A program made the translations under genes and the position numbers. A stretch of DNA of 63,000 nt, counting the filler, from Basidiobolus ranarum (lineage: Eukaryota): the NCBI GenBank assembly GCA_040143965.1. It is 5 parts of 5 records of this genome, joined end to end, with 100 filler letters (N's around TTAATTAATTAA, not from the genome) between each part and the next. Parts side by side here need not be neighbours in the genome. Positions count along the whole stretch, not along the records: positions 1 to 12,550 come from JASJQH010007410.1; positions 12,651 to 25,173 come from JASJQH010007412.1; 3 more parts are not named here. One strand, written 5' to 3'. Positions 1 to 12,687 of this stretch are shown here, piece after piece. The notes beneath the pieces were generated by a model that worked only from the letters and a program-made list of their open reading frames with translations, was not told where the DNA came from and did not search any database. Within the stretch, counting starts at the first letter, position 1, and each line of letters begins with the position of its first letter.

Positions 1-9
1 AGTTTAAGA

Positions 10-2386
10 GTGATAGACTTTAGACGAATATTATCCCGACATAATGTACCCTATAATAGTACAGTAAAGAAGGCTGCCCTCGTGGATCTATTCGATACTT
101 ATATCACACCCAATATTGATAAATTTCGCTCGGAAATTCAACAAGCTATCGTCGAGGTATGGTTCAAAGGGTTCGATCTCCTTGACTTTCAAAGTGAAAC
201 TTAACCATAATCAACCCGTGTTCTTGATGTTAGGGTAAAGAGACAAAAACATCTATGAAACAAGGCATTTCCTCGACGATCCGGCCCAAAAGCCAAGTGG
301 TATTTATCTTTAGGTATTTGATTGTCAGAAGATATCGTTGAAAATGGAACACTTTATGTAGAAAGAAGCGATAGAAAAATTCGAACTCTTAAGTTCAGAC
401 GGAGAAAATTCACCACCACCAAAACAAAGAGTATATACTAGACGCAAAATTACGAAGGTTTGTTTAAGTTACCTCAACTCGTTAATACGCCTAATATTTA
501 ATCAATCTAAAGCCCATCACAAATGCTACTTTGGAACCATTCAGTTCGGAAGGAGAACTATCTCCACCACCGGTCTTACGTGCACGACCCCAACCAGATC
601 AAGTAAAGGTTGGCATAGATGTGGTTCATGATGGAAAATCGGGGTTTATTAATGTTTATTTGTAGAACTACCCTTCTGTTGAGATAAACAATCGAGACGT
701 TTCATCTATCTAATCCGTAAAGTTAGTAGACGATTGTATACTCGGATACTCCTCTAGATACTCATTGCTTTCAAGTTTTGCACAATAGGTCCCAGTCAAC
801 GCATTCGAATCCTCACCGGCGAAGTCTAATGTATTTCCAGCAAAATCTTTCCCTTCTTTTTACTCTCTTAAGACTTACTTTGGTTGGTCCAGGTGGAAGA
901 AAAGATGTTTTCCGATGAGACTCAAAGTGGTGGCGAAGCACCGAAGAAGAAGAAGAAAAGACTCAAGGTAGTTTGATTTTGACATTTTTTGTCAGGATGT
1001 TTGCTAAAGTAAACAAAATCCGTTAGAAACCCACGCATTCTTATTCGAAAATAATCCCTACGACGATCAACCCAGCATCTGAGGTGCCAACTCAATACCT
1101 AAATCCTATATCTGATCAGATAGAGGACACTTCGATCCTTGATGAGGCTGAGAGGTATCTGGCTTCCAAACAATATCGTCGACGCCGGCGACATCAGCAC
1201 AAATCGCCTCCTTATGTTGAGTATCAGTGGGGCTCAGTGTGGATTTTACTAAGCATATGCTTGGTAGCGTTTCTCTTCTTCATTCGTCTCCAGCATCAAA
1301 GTCTAGGATATTGCCAATCGGAGGTTGATAGCGATGGTAAGTGAAAAGCCCTGATCACTCCTGCATCTTATCGTTAAACTTTGTCCCATCGACCCCAGAA
1401 GGGTTGTTGATCTTCAAGTGTACACCCTGCCCAACACATGGAAAATGTCAAGATGGGGAGTTCCTCGGATGTGATCCGGATTATCAGCCAAAGTATACTC
1501 CATTGGTCTCCTTGGTGAACCCACTCCGTGTCAAGTGTATTCCCAACTCTGTTAGAATGGCAAAGGTAGCGGCCATTGTGGAAATGGCCCAGGAAATCAT
1601 CAATACTCATGCGGGGATGGTGGAATGCCATCAACAGAAATCAGAGCAAATCACTCATACTGGATTGGAAGAAGATGAGCTTCTACAGGCTTTGGCAGCT
1701 CAAGTACGCATTTCCCAGTATTTGTATTTCGAAATGAAACTAATCTTTTGTTGTTTCCAGTTAACCTTGCAACATCTAAACATTTCCGAATTATGGCCTT
1801 CAGTGGTTAGAGAGCTATCAAAGCAAAGGTTCCATGTTGAAGTATCCAAGGATTCCAAGTGAGTTCCTGCTACTCTATGTATATGGATGATGCGAAAGAC
1901 TAACCAAGAACAATATAGTGGTCACTTTGTATTTGTCTCGAGCAATCCTGAATATTCTCTAGAATGTCGACTACGTCAAGGGATCATATCACTTATCATG
2001 TCTCATATTCAACCACTGGTGATTAGTATTGGTTTGATGGCTCTTGGAGTTTATTGCACGTTGCAGTATAATGGTAAGCTAGATTTTCAACTTGCTTTCC
2101 GGAATCAAGCTAACCTCTGAATCAAGCCTACCTTGCCGATGAGGAGGTGGTTCAACAACTCGTTCAACAGGTGTATAGAAAGCTTCGTACATCCAAGAGC
2201 GTTCCTGTGGTTCAACTTCGGGATTATTTACTTTTCGACATTCCACCTAGAAAGCGACGCTTACTGTGGAGAAAGGTGGAACAGATCGTAGGAATGGATT
2301 CCAACCTAAGAATTACTAATGGTGAAATTAACGGGGAGAAGTTTATTATTTGGGAGTGGGTCGGTCAAGTTGAACCCAAGCCATAA
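10..2386 (+). CDS. SRC1: LEM/HeH + MSC (Man1-Src1p C-terminal) inner nuclear membrane protein, multi-exon, 5' end probably outside window
   Basis: N-terminal FRRILSRHNVPYNSTVKKAALVDLFDTYITP (HeH), two TM segments flanking a luminal Cys-rich region (GYC..CTPCPTHGKC..C), C-terminal VVQLRDYLL..LWRKVEQIV..SNLR..NGE..IWEWVG; GT-AG introns between ORF fragments. Confidence 0.88.
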
Positions 2387-2937
2387 CTATACCTTCAATA
2401 AATCCATGTTCATGTTCACAATTTTGAACTGTAGAATTCCAACTCTAGCCCTAACCCTACGCCATCCACACTGCACCTTGGAATTATTACAAATCATTAT
2501 TACAAATCCCTCAAACCATAGTGCACTCTAGAATTATAAATCCAACATTCACATTACACTCTAGAGTGATAGCACTTGGAGTTCTGCTGTTAAGTGTCTG
2601 GATGGACGCCAACTTGGAGATATTTCATCATCGACATCTAGGCAGCAGATAAATTAACCGATAATTACAAGGTGTGTAAGCGTTCTTGGCGTCCGTGCCC
2701 TAATTAGAATCCAAGTGAAGTTCGGAGTAATTGTATGAAATTAGAGATAGAGAATAATATATTAGTACACGTTTATTAATAATTTGGTAGCACAATGAAG
2801 GTGATCACTCATTGAGTTATTAGCCACGGGCTACTGATCAATAATGGTAAATGTCCGAGGAGAGGGAAGATAAATGGGGATATAACGCCTCTGGTTTGCC
2901 AAAGAAGCGATAGATTATGTAGAGTGGAATCGAAGGG

Positions 2938-4116
2938 TCATAATAACATAAAGATAGCACTTAGAACTGTGAGGAATGGTAGCAAATGCTGATTTTGAAC
3001 AGCTAACGATTGAATTTCTGGTTGAATGTTGCCAGCAAGGATATCTATGGAAAAGGAAGATTAGTGCTACATTGTAAGTATTTATAACTGCATCCAGAGT
3101 TTACCTGCAACACTGCAAGAGCTACTCCTAGCTTTACAGGATAGTTCTTTCTTGTCCGTGGTATTGAAGAAGAATGAATGGTTGAGGATCGATAAAGTGG
3201 CAGTTTCTGTTGGTGGTCCCTTGGAGAAGTTGGGGTTACCGTCTGTCCAGTGATTGAAAATCATTTTGCCAGGAACACTAGGGATATTCGTGTTGAATGA
3301 GTTGTAGAATTTTCCATCAATGAAGAAACTCGCTTTTCCGGGCATCCAATCAAATCGATACTCGTGAAAATCCTATTTCGAAAGTAAAAAGAGAGTTAGT
3401 GAGGGATTATTGAGATACACATATCCAAGAGAGTTAATGAAGGTAAAAATACTTACGGCGGCAGCATCCACTTCCATATTCACCGTACCATGCGTACGAG
3501 GATCAGCTGCACCATTAGATAACTTAATACTGGGGTGAATAGCCCAATAAACTTGTGAAGGATTTCGTATATAACTTAATAGTTCGATGTCCAATTCCGC
3601 TTCGTCACTCTCATAAAAATAAAAGGCGGATACAGTGCCCGGTTGGACAGGAATTTTCATTACCGCTCTAAAAGACCCATAGAGGATGTCCTTTCTGAAA
3701 GGAAATAGCCATTAGACACTTTGTGTAAAGAAATTCAACCCACGTGTTTAGTCATGAAAGGAAGGGAAGTAAAAGTACCTCGAAGTGGAAATGCTACTAC
3801 TTTTGACGGGAGTCCCGTCACTTTCAGGTGTGACGAGCAATTCAAGCCCTCTATCACTAATCTTCACATTGTTGGAAGTATAATCGCGAGTTAAAATGTT
3901 GTCATATTTTGCGGGAACCTGGTAACTGGCGACAATAAAGGAACTGTCTTTGTTGATGTTATCGGTGTATGTATTCCAGTTGGTATAATGTATATTGGAC
4001 CAAGTATTTCCGGTATCCTCTTGGTAAAAACCACAATCACAGTTCACTTTCTCGGCGGAGGTGTTGGCGGTGAAAGAAACAATTAAACTAGTCAGCACCA
4101 AAAGACTTGAGACCAT
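2938..4116 (-). CDS. GH16 glycoside hydrolase, secreted, probably GPI-anchored (4 exons)
   Basis: Signal peptide; LYGSFRAVMK..GTVSAFYFY..ELDIE catalytic ExDxE motif; FHEYRFDW; NHWTDGNPNFS.GPP; spliced hydrophobic C-terminus ..LLPFLTVLSAIFMLL*. Confidence 0.85.
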
Positions 4117-5327
4117 AGTGAACAGAAGTATTATCAGGTATTCGATCTGGCATAAATATATGTGGGTTGGGGAATATATAGTGAAGTAATAATATCAGAT
4201 TAGTCCCAATTTAATATTCACTGCTATCTCATTCGTCGACATCATTTCATCATCATCTAGTCTAATTACTTCCATAAATGGAAATGCCCGAAGAATTTCC
4301 ATTCCGCTCTCTTTTACTCATCTCTTTACTACTCCATCTCTAACCCTAACGACCATCATCCTTGTTCCAATCCTGTAAGTACCTTCAGCGTACCGAAGTT
4401 TGCAATACCTGATCACTTGACTAGCTACGATTCGCCCCAGCCCGTTTCCTCATTTATCTGGTGACCCGGCATTGACATTTATAATTCCATCTGTCAGTTA
4501 TATAATCAGTCGATGACTTCATCTGCCAGTTATCGCGGGGCTTTCAGGAATAGAATATCCTTCTTGGATGTATTGGTAGTTTATTATTAACATTTGTCCA
4601 AAACAAGTAAGGAACTCTCAATCCATTCCGAGCATTAACCAGATACAAATCCATATTTAAATCCTGCCTCCACACACTTTGGATTATGTAGCACATCAAC
4701 CGGTTTAGAAGTAACCCTACCATACTGCCATTTCAGCATTAAAGGAGAGTATCAAATTCGTCTAACATTGATGTTCCTTCTTGTACTACTTGTAGAATTC
4801 TATTTCATTTGAAATGAAAAATCAACAAAGTGGCTTAGGGTTTGGGAACTATTAATATTTCAACTTTCTTGGCTTGGCAGTTTTGTGTCATCATAGTAGC
4901 ACTCAATAAGTTGCTGGTATCTATGAGAGTGTACGTGAAATGCGTTAAGGAGTCAGACAGTTGAGCGCCATAACCTTGTAGGGTTGGCACTGCGTTACCA
5001 ATACAGGACCATAAGAAAGAATCACCTTTAGGGTTTTTGGCGACAATGTAACTGCTGCAATAGTAGTAGCAACAATGACCAGAGCAAGATCCAGTAGAGA
5101 AAGGCAAAGATGCTAGAAAATGGTTAAAAAGCTATGCAAATATCTTCATATTTATACATAAATTTACGACAGATAAGTTTGGACTACGCACCTCTGGCAA
5201 TACTTATTAATGATTAATAAGTACTGTGCATCTTAAGTAAATATTGGCCGAATATTATATAAATTAAGTTAAGAAACTTACTTTCTTGAACACCCTTTGT
5301 ACACCTGCAATCAGGATGATCTTTTCC

Positions 5328-5426
5328 ATATATTCATTCAGAGAAGTTCCACAGTATTCTACATAAGCAGGTAGATATATTCATTCAGAGAAGTTCCCAC
5401 AGTATTCTACATAAGCAGGTAGATAT
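5328..5426. repeat. Tandem duplication of a 47-48 bp unit
   Basis: ATATATTCATTCAGAGAAGTTCC(C)ACAGTATTCTACATAAGCAGGTAG occurs twice head-to-tail. Confidence 0.9.
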
Positions 5427-5502
5427 GAAAGGGAAACTATGTATATTTTATTTGATTAAAAAGTAGTGAGATATTACAATGATAGGCATGGAGAATAGCT
5501 GG

Positions 5503-6685
5503 TTAGGATCGAAGTTCAGGATAGTGTCTTGCTACAACACTTGGATGTGATCGGCAAAGACCACCAAACGCGTTCACTCCATAAGCTGGATCCTGAAGTA
5601 ATTGATGTTGTTTGACATCGGAAATGTATGTTTTACTAGATTCAGCTAGGATATCTTCAGGTACAATGATATCCGGAACAGTAGCATCCAAGGAAGGATT
5701 GAAGAAGAAAGGAACTGAGAATCGATCCTTGCCGGAGCGATTGTTGAGAACACGATGGGTGGTGGCTACATAGCAACGCTGTGTTAATCGCTCAAACGCT
5801 TCTCCAATGTTAACTACGAATGTGTCCGGAATAGATGGAGCATCAATCCATTCTCCCTGTTGGGTTTGAATCTGCAAGCCTCCAACGTTATCTTGTAGTA
5901 AAATAGTCAAAAATCCATAGTCCTATGAGACAAATGGTCAAATTAGTACTTTAACCTTAACCTTGGCCCGAAACATAATAAATATACTGGTATCCAACCT
6001 TGTGTGGTCCAACGCCTAATCCGTGCTCTTCAGGTTGATCTACTGGGTCACCCATCGATGGATAGCGTACAACTTTGAGACGGTAATATGGCTCCGTGTT
6101 GAAGGTGGACTCCAAGAAATTTGCTGGCAATCCTAATGTCTCTGCAATGGCTTGGACTAGAGATAAAGAGATTCGTTCGGTTTCTTTCATAAACTGAAGT
6201 ACTGTTGGTTTGAAATTTGGGAGTAAGTCCTTCTTGGGCCATTGATTTGGTCCTGTGAGGCGCAAGAAAGCGGGTGAATCACCGTTAAGGTCAGTTTTAA
6301 CAGGTAACTCCGATCCAAAGTCAATTTGCTCGCGGTTGTCAAGCTTGTGATCGGTCACCTCGTTCTCTAGTAAGTTTAACTCTGATTTAGTTAACATAAC
6401 TTGGATGGCCAAACAAATATATTACTTACTCATGGCAGTGTATCCTCTGAACTGCGGGCTGTTCTCTATTTCTAGAGAGCGCTTTTCCTCCAAGGGCAAG
6501 TCAAAGAATTCTTTCGATTGTGCGAGGATATTCTTAGTGAGGTCAGGAGATACAGCATGATTGCTGACATAGAAGAAGCCAACGTGAATTAGCGCATGAC
6601 GAAGCTCTTTCAAAAACGTAGCTTTGTGTGCTGGATCATCAGATGTCCAAAGCGATAGGTCTAGAACAGGAATGGCAGCTGTCAT
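5503..6685 (-). CDS. 2OG-Fe(II) oxygenase, IPNS/DIOX_N family (3 exons)
   Basis: IPVLDLS..GFFYVSNH (DIOX_N); GVGPHK|DYGFLTILLQD HxD motif across an intron; ATTHRV distal His; RFS (RxS) motif; introns 5923-5998 and 6367-6429. Confidence 0.93.
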
Positions 6686-8270
6686 GATGCGATTGCTATA
6701 GAGTAGTGTTTATAGAGTGACATCAAGTTAAGTACCTTCTTATATAGTTCCTCTAGTAAAGCCAGAAAACCAACTTTCGTACATGAAAACTCTTTCTCAC
6801 GATATTGGAAGCAATGGTCAAATAGTTTGTTAGAATGGTGTCATCCAACGTTATAGCACTCAACTGTCATTTTGGTGATTCAAATGATTTTTCTGGTAAA
6901 TCTGATTAGTAAATGCCGATCTATTGGTCCATAGCTGACGGGGTTGGCAGCTAACACAACCAAAAAGGAAACCTCAATTTTCCATATACTAGCAATGGTA
7001 ACTCTTAGGGTTAGGTTTAAACTATCGGTCTGATTTTATTAATGCTTCTCGAGCCCTAGCAACTCGCCTGATAACTGCTTGTGGGGGAATTCCTACAGAA
7101 TAGACAGCGGTTGCGCGTAAAGATATGTTGAATATTCTTTGCATTAATAAGCAAAGGGGGTGACACCAGTAGTAGGTACAACCAGATCACTAAATCTAGT
7201 AATGGAGCGAAGCTTATTGAAAAAGCATAATAAATAGCAAATAAAACTATCGAATCAGGTATTGGTTTGTCAGTACAATATGTCATAGTAACAAATCCAT
7301 TAGTAATCTATGGATTGCATCGATGCAAATACAACTCACAGAATCTATCCGAAGTATTCATAATGGCTACTTGTGAAGGAAGGGCCAAAGCGAGACAGTA
7401 GTGAAATACTTTAGCCTCTGATGGAAAGTTGCGTAGGAAATGCCCCAACTTGCACTCCTTAGAATAGCTTAACTATCATTAGAACAGCATCATTAGAATA
7501 ACCTAGCTATAATCATGCATTGTTTAGAGGTATTATTTCTTTCGATTGAATTGCAATGAAAAATTCCAGTATCGCATGAACCGAGTGTTGGGGTTGCAAT
7601 ATTAGGGGATCATAAGCATATTAGAGGCTTATAAATCAACATTGGTGCGATGATATAAAATTATTATCCTTAATGACAGAACAGTGACTGTCAGGTACGG
7701 GTACGGCGACGCTACTCCTACATGCAGTTCCGACTCACTACACTTTTTTCTATAGTTTGAGACTATTGCAGCGTGTATTTTCATGATAGAGAAAGAGTGC
7801 TCTATTCTTTGATACGCAGGAATAACATACCTATAAAACATATTTAGTTGTGGATACTAAGCGCTTGCTAATTTCCAAAGCAATAACGAATCTAATATTA
7901 TCAAGGTAAACTAGCAACTAATTACTACAATCAAGCAGTAAACTAGTAATAATAGTGGTTATCAGTTTATGTCACTAATTATACTTGCATAAGGACACTA
8001 AAGCAGTTAGATATAGTCTTCGAATAACGGTCTTTGGACCCTGCACTACCAGATTAGCAGGAGCTATGCACAAAATAATCATAATAGCCACGTTGAATGA
8101 GTAGCTTTAATTTGGAGTGAAAATTACTTTATTCGATAACGAAAGCAATAATACAAGTAGTGGAATATTAATGCATTCAAAAGCATAAAAAGGAATGTAA
8201 AATTATATTAATCAAGAAATGTTTCCTTGACAGAAACTGGATATTAGTTATAATTAAAACGTAGAATTGA

Positions 8271-11200
8271 CTACTGAAGATACTGGGCTATCTTGGAAAC
8301 ATTGGGTTCAAACATCAGTTGATGATGTTCAGCATCCACGTGGTGAGTGACCACACTGTCTGCGTATTCTGACCAGCCATAGCATGCATGAGGATCTTGA
8401 CTAGCTCCAGCCTTCACTAAGACGATACGAGTAGATAATTTCTTCTTAGGAGGTTGATATTCCCTCATTAGCTGGCTATTCTTCTCTATCTTTTCTAATA
8501 TCATTTGTGAGGCAGCTTCATTTAAATTCCATTGACCTAAGGTTGAAATCAAATCAAGGTACTTCTGGCTATCAGAGCAGGTTTCCAATTGACCGCCAGT
8601 ATTTGGTGGCAGAGTATTCGGTGCCATGGTGTCAATAACGGTTACCCTCGCCACTTCATGCCCTTGAGCTTCAAGTTGACGCGCCATTTCAAATGCAATT
8701 AAGCCACCAAACGAGTAGCCATTCAGATAATAGGGACCTTTAGGCTGAACCCGACGAATCGCGGTCAGATATCTCATAGCAAACATTTCGATGGAGTCAA
8801 AGGATTCGTTGGTACCAAGAGTAGGATCACTGATAGAGTAAAGAGTGGATCGCATGTATTTTCGCAATAAGCTGAAATAGCTGGCCATTCCAGTGGCACA
8901 ATGGACTATAAACATGGTTTCCTTACTGGATTTCGAGATCAAGGTCAGCCCATCATTTTCAACAATATTGTTCACATGAGAGGTGTACAGCGGTAGGCTA
9001 CCTTCAAGTTCGAATAGGGCACCCTTCGAAATAGACATGATACCGTCGATTAACGAAGTTTCCCAAGAATCTAGCCATTGTTGTATCTGTAATTCGGAAT
9101 GCAGAGCGTTGCTGTATGCTATGGTGGCTTCAAGTTCTTCTCCTACAAAACGAGCTTCACAGTTAAAGACCTGAGGGCGTATCCATTTGGGCGAAGTTCC
9201 TCCTAAATCAAACTTATATTTAGAATCCGTGGTGATTGGTAGGAAAAAGGAACTGGCGCTGTCAATATTCAGAGAATTTGGCTTGTAATACAGAGTCACT
9301 TGAGCTGGATCTTTTCCAAACAAGGAAGCGGTTTTTTCATTCAGATAGCTTAGAAGGCCATAGGATGCTTCATTTCCACGAATTTGATGCTGCTGAGACA
9401 CAGTTTGGAAAATTGTATCTATCATGGATGCGCCTTTTGCTATCCCAACAACAACCGGGTAGAAATTAGTGAACCATCCTACGGTCCTCGAAATATCAAC
9501 ACTACGGTCCTTGAACTGACGCCCGAGGGATTCTAAGGTGACAGAAAGAGACTCTCGCTCAAAAGTACAGCAATAAGAATAGGCTAACGAGGAGATTAGT
9601 AGGTCAACAAGTTCCACACCCGCAGATTGGTCGCAGTATTTTCTAGCTAGTTTCGCGAAATGTGAATCGAGTGTGAAGGACAGTAAACAAGTGGTTTCGT
9701 GGGTATTTTTAGCAAGTAAATCAATATCCGTGATTAGTGGTTGAGTGGATTGTTGTCTTGGCCATGAGCTCATATCCAATGTCTGTGCGTGATCATACAG
9801 AGCCTGATTCCATTGCATATATGAGATTGACTGGTGGCTACATTCTTTCCCTTGAACGAGTGATTCGAGATCTGACCAAATGACTTCCCATGACAGCTGA
9901 TCAATGATTAAGCGATGAATCGTGACGAAGATCAATTGCTGGCCTTCCGATAGTTCATACAGGGCAAACTGGAATAGGGGTCCAGATACAAGATCATGAC
10001 TATTCTGAAGTGTGTAGATATGACTTTTCAACTCCTCCACCGATTGAATGAGGCAATGATGGACTTCAAAGGAAAAACCTTCTGGTGGAAGCACTCGCAG
10101 CTTCCATTCTTTACCAGAACGGGTGAACCGGCTACGGAGAATGTCATGCATTGAAGTTAGCTGTTGTATTGATTTACTCAATATGTCCAACTTTATAGGC
10201 TCCCGAATTCTAAGAAGATAGCTTTGATTGAGGTGATTCAGGTTGTCTTGCACGGATTCGAAAACTTTCCGCTGATTTGGTGAAAGGTGTAAGGTACCTT
10301 CTATACGTTCAACATTCTTCAGTATTTGTGTACCTTTTACAGACACCAACTCTGCAAGTTGACTAAGGGTGAGATTCTGAAGCATACTGTGTACTGATAC
10401 GTGTAAGTTACGTCTTCTGCATATCGAAGAGACTTGTATAGCTAGTATAGAGTCACCGCCAAGCTGACGGAAATAATGATTAATACTTATGGTGTTTCGT
10501 GAGATATTGAGAACTTCCGACCAGATTTCTTGAATAAGCTTTTCGTCCTCAGTTCGAGGCTGAATAATATCCAGATCATCTGGACTTTTAAGCACTTGTA
10601 GTAGCTGGCTGTCTAGTTGCTCGAAAAGCAGAGCTAAAACCTTTTTATCAATTTTATCACTGGAGTTGAGGGGCATCTTGTTTAGCGGTAGCCATAAACT
10701 AGGTATCATGTGAGACGGTAGCTTATTCCTCACCAGGTTTCTTACTTGTTCGATGTAAACGGCGGCTATTTTAGAGTTTTCACCATGTAGCACCCTAGCT
10801 TCATGATCGCCATAAGTAAGGTTCTTAAATGTCAAGAATGCTACCAATACTTTATGGTTCGTGCGAGTATCAGTGATCAAGGGAAGAACACAGGCTCTTC
10901 CCACTTTTGAGTGATCAGAGAGAGCATGCTCTATCTCATCCAACTCAATTCGCAAACCATTAAGTTTGATTTGGTTGTCTTTCCGGCCGATCAATTCTAC
11001 AGATCCGTCGGAATTGTAATGAGCCAAGTCACCAGTGCGGTATAAGCGCTCATTGATATCAGAAGGATTCAGCACGAACACTTTCTCCGTAAGATCGGGA
11101 CGATTAAGATAGCCACGAGCGAGTTGAGGACCACTGACACACAGTTCACCAACGACTCCTACAGGGACTGGGTGCATATCCAGACCTAAGATATGTATTC

Positions 11201-12550
11201 TGTTACTTCCAATTGGTTTTCCAACATTGCTACATGTGGTCTTTTCATCGAGCTGAGGATGCATCAAAATAGCCACTGTAGCTTCGGTTGGCCCATAACC
11301 ATTGATTAACTCTACATACGGCAACCACGAATCGCGAACTGTCGTTGTAATCATCTCACCACCGAACATCAGTCTCTTCACGGAAGGTACCTTTGACGGG
11401 TCAATATATGTAGCAATTGTTGTGGTCAACACCAGTGACGTAACATTCATCTTGTCGATAGTTTGCGCCAAATTGGAGAGTAAGGCCTCTTTTGGAGCCA
11501 GAGCTATACAGGCCCCGGATGTAAGCGTTCCAAATATCTCGAGCACAGAAGAGTCGAAGGTGTAATTAGCGAATTGCAAGACTAAATCATCGTTCGTGAG
11601 ATTCCAAACACCGCGTAATGCTTGAGTGAAACTGATTACCGCAGAATGTTCCATCATTACACCTTTGGGTGTACCAGTGGAGCCTGATGTATACAATATA
11701 TAACATAGGTTTGAGGAGGTGAGTCGGTTTACTTGAGGATTATGTTCTCTCTGTTGTTGAATGATCCCATCATCAACGTCAAGAAGAATCAAACGCTGTT
11801 TATCAAATGGTTCCTTGTAATGGTCAATCGTCACTACCACCTGGGCTTTCGTTTCTTCGAGGATAAAGAGGTTTCGTTCCACTGGATTGTTTGGATCAAG
11901 TGGAACATACGCTCCACCTGCTTTGAGGACAGCGAGAATTGCAACTATCGTGGAGACCGACTTATCTAGGCAAAGAGGTACCATCGACTCAGGACGGACA
12001 CCAAGCTCTATTAAACGGTGAGCTAATCGGTTGGCCCTTCTATTAAGTTCTCCGTAGGTGACATATTCTGAAGTCTCAAACTGCACCGCTATATTGTTGG
12101 GGTGAAGGTTTGCCTGGCTTTCGAATATATGATGAAGGCATGAGTTTGTCACTCCTGCAGAAGTGGATGATTTTAAGGAACTGCCAAAATCAGCTAGCTC
12201 AAGATTCAAATCCAAGCTTAAATGCTTCAGTTTCGTGTCCGTGGTCGCACTCACTAAGCCTTCAAAGAGAGATTTGAAGTTACCAGATAACATCTCCGCA
12301 TGGAATGGTGAAATTAATTGTTTGCTCAACATCAAACTGTAAGATAATGTAAAATCGTCAGATGCAACACATAATCCTAGTGGATACTGTAGTCACAAAT
12401 TAAGAATTAGTTCATATGAATCATCGTAATACTGAATACAAGAATTGTAAATATTTCAAAATACCTCTGATGCTTCGTTGCCACCTATTTGTTTAAGCTC
12501 TAAATGGTTGTCGCAGCTTTCAAATGGTTTAACGGTGGACTTGTTACTCC
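8271..12550 (-). CDS. Nonribosomal peptide synthetase, C-terminal part: (C end)-A-T-E-TE; 5' truncated at contig end
   Basis: A motifs YILYTSGSTGTPKG, NGYGPTE, YRTGDL, GRKDNQIKLNGLRIEL; T motif LGGDSI; E-type motifs (DQLSW, RTVGWFT.FYP); TE GYSFGG; intron 12387-12464 joins an upstream exon giving ..GGNEASE|YPLGLCV, typical of the end of a C domain. Confidence 0.95.
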
Positions 12551-12650
12551 NNNNNNNNNNNNNNNNNNNNNNNNNNNNNNNNNNNNNNNNNNNNTTAATT
12601 AATTAANNNNNNNNNNNNNNNNNNNNNNNNNNNNNNNNNNNNNNNNNNNN
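12551..12650. other. Artificial contig spacer (N44-TTAATTAATTAA-N44)
   Basis: Same 100-nt spacer with stop-codon core recurs four times. Confidence 0.97.
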
Positions 12651-12687
12651 GGTTTATTAGGGCTGGAAAGCAAGGAAATCAAGTATA

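Noticed and set aside
4835-5148. Cys-rich small ORF between GH16 and the oxygenase
   Set aside because: No ATG start in an open frame and no recognisable family; at most a decayed gene
7294-7328. 14-bp palindrome TTGCATCGATGCAA and adjacent hairpin between the NRPS and the oxygenase
   Set aside because: Single occurrence; palindromes of this size can arise by chance in 63 kb
5503-12550. Calling the pair pcbAB/pcbC
   Set aside because: A-domain code, degenerate E motifs and oxygenase subfamily signature do not match ACVS/IPNS; only the architecture is similar
12551-12650. TTAATTAATTAA palindrome as a biological repeat
   Set aside because: Embedded in N runs and identical at four places: a synthetic linker
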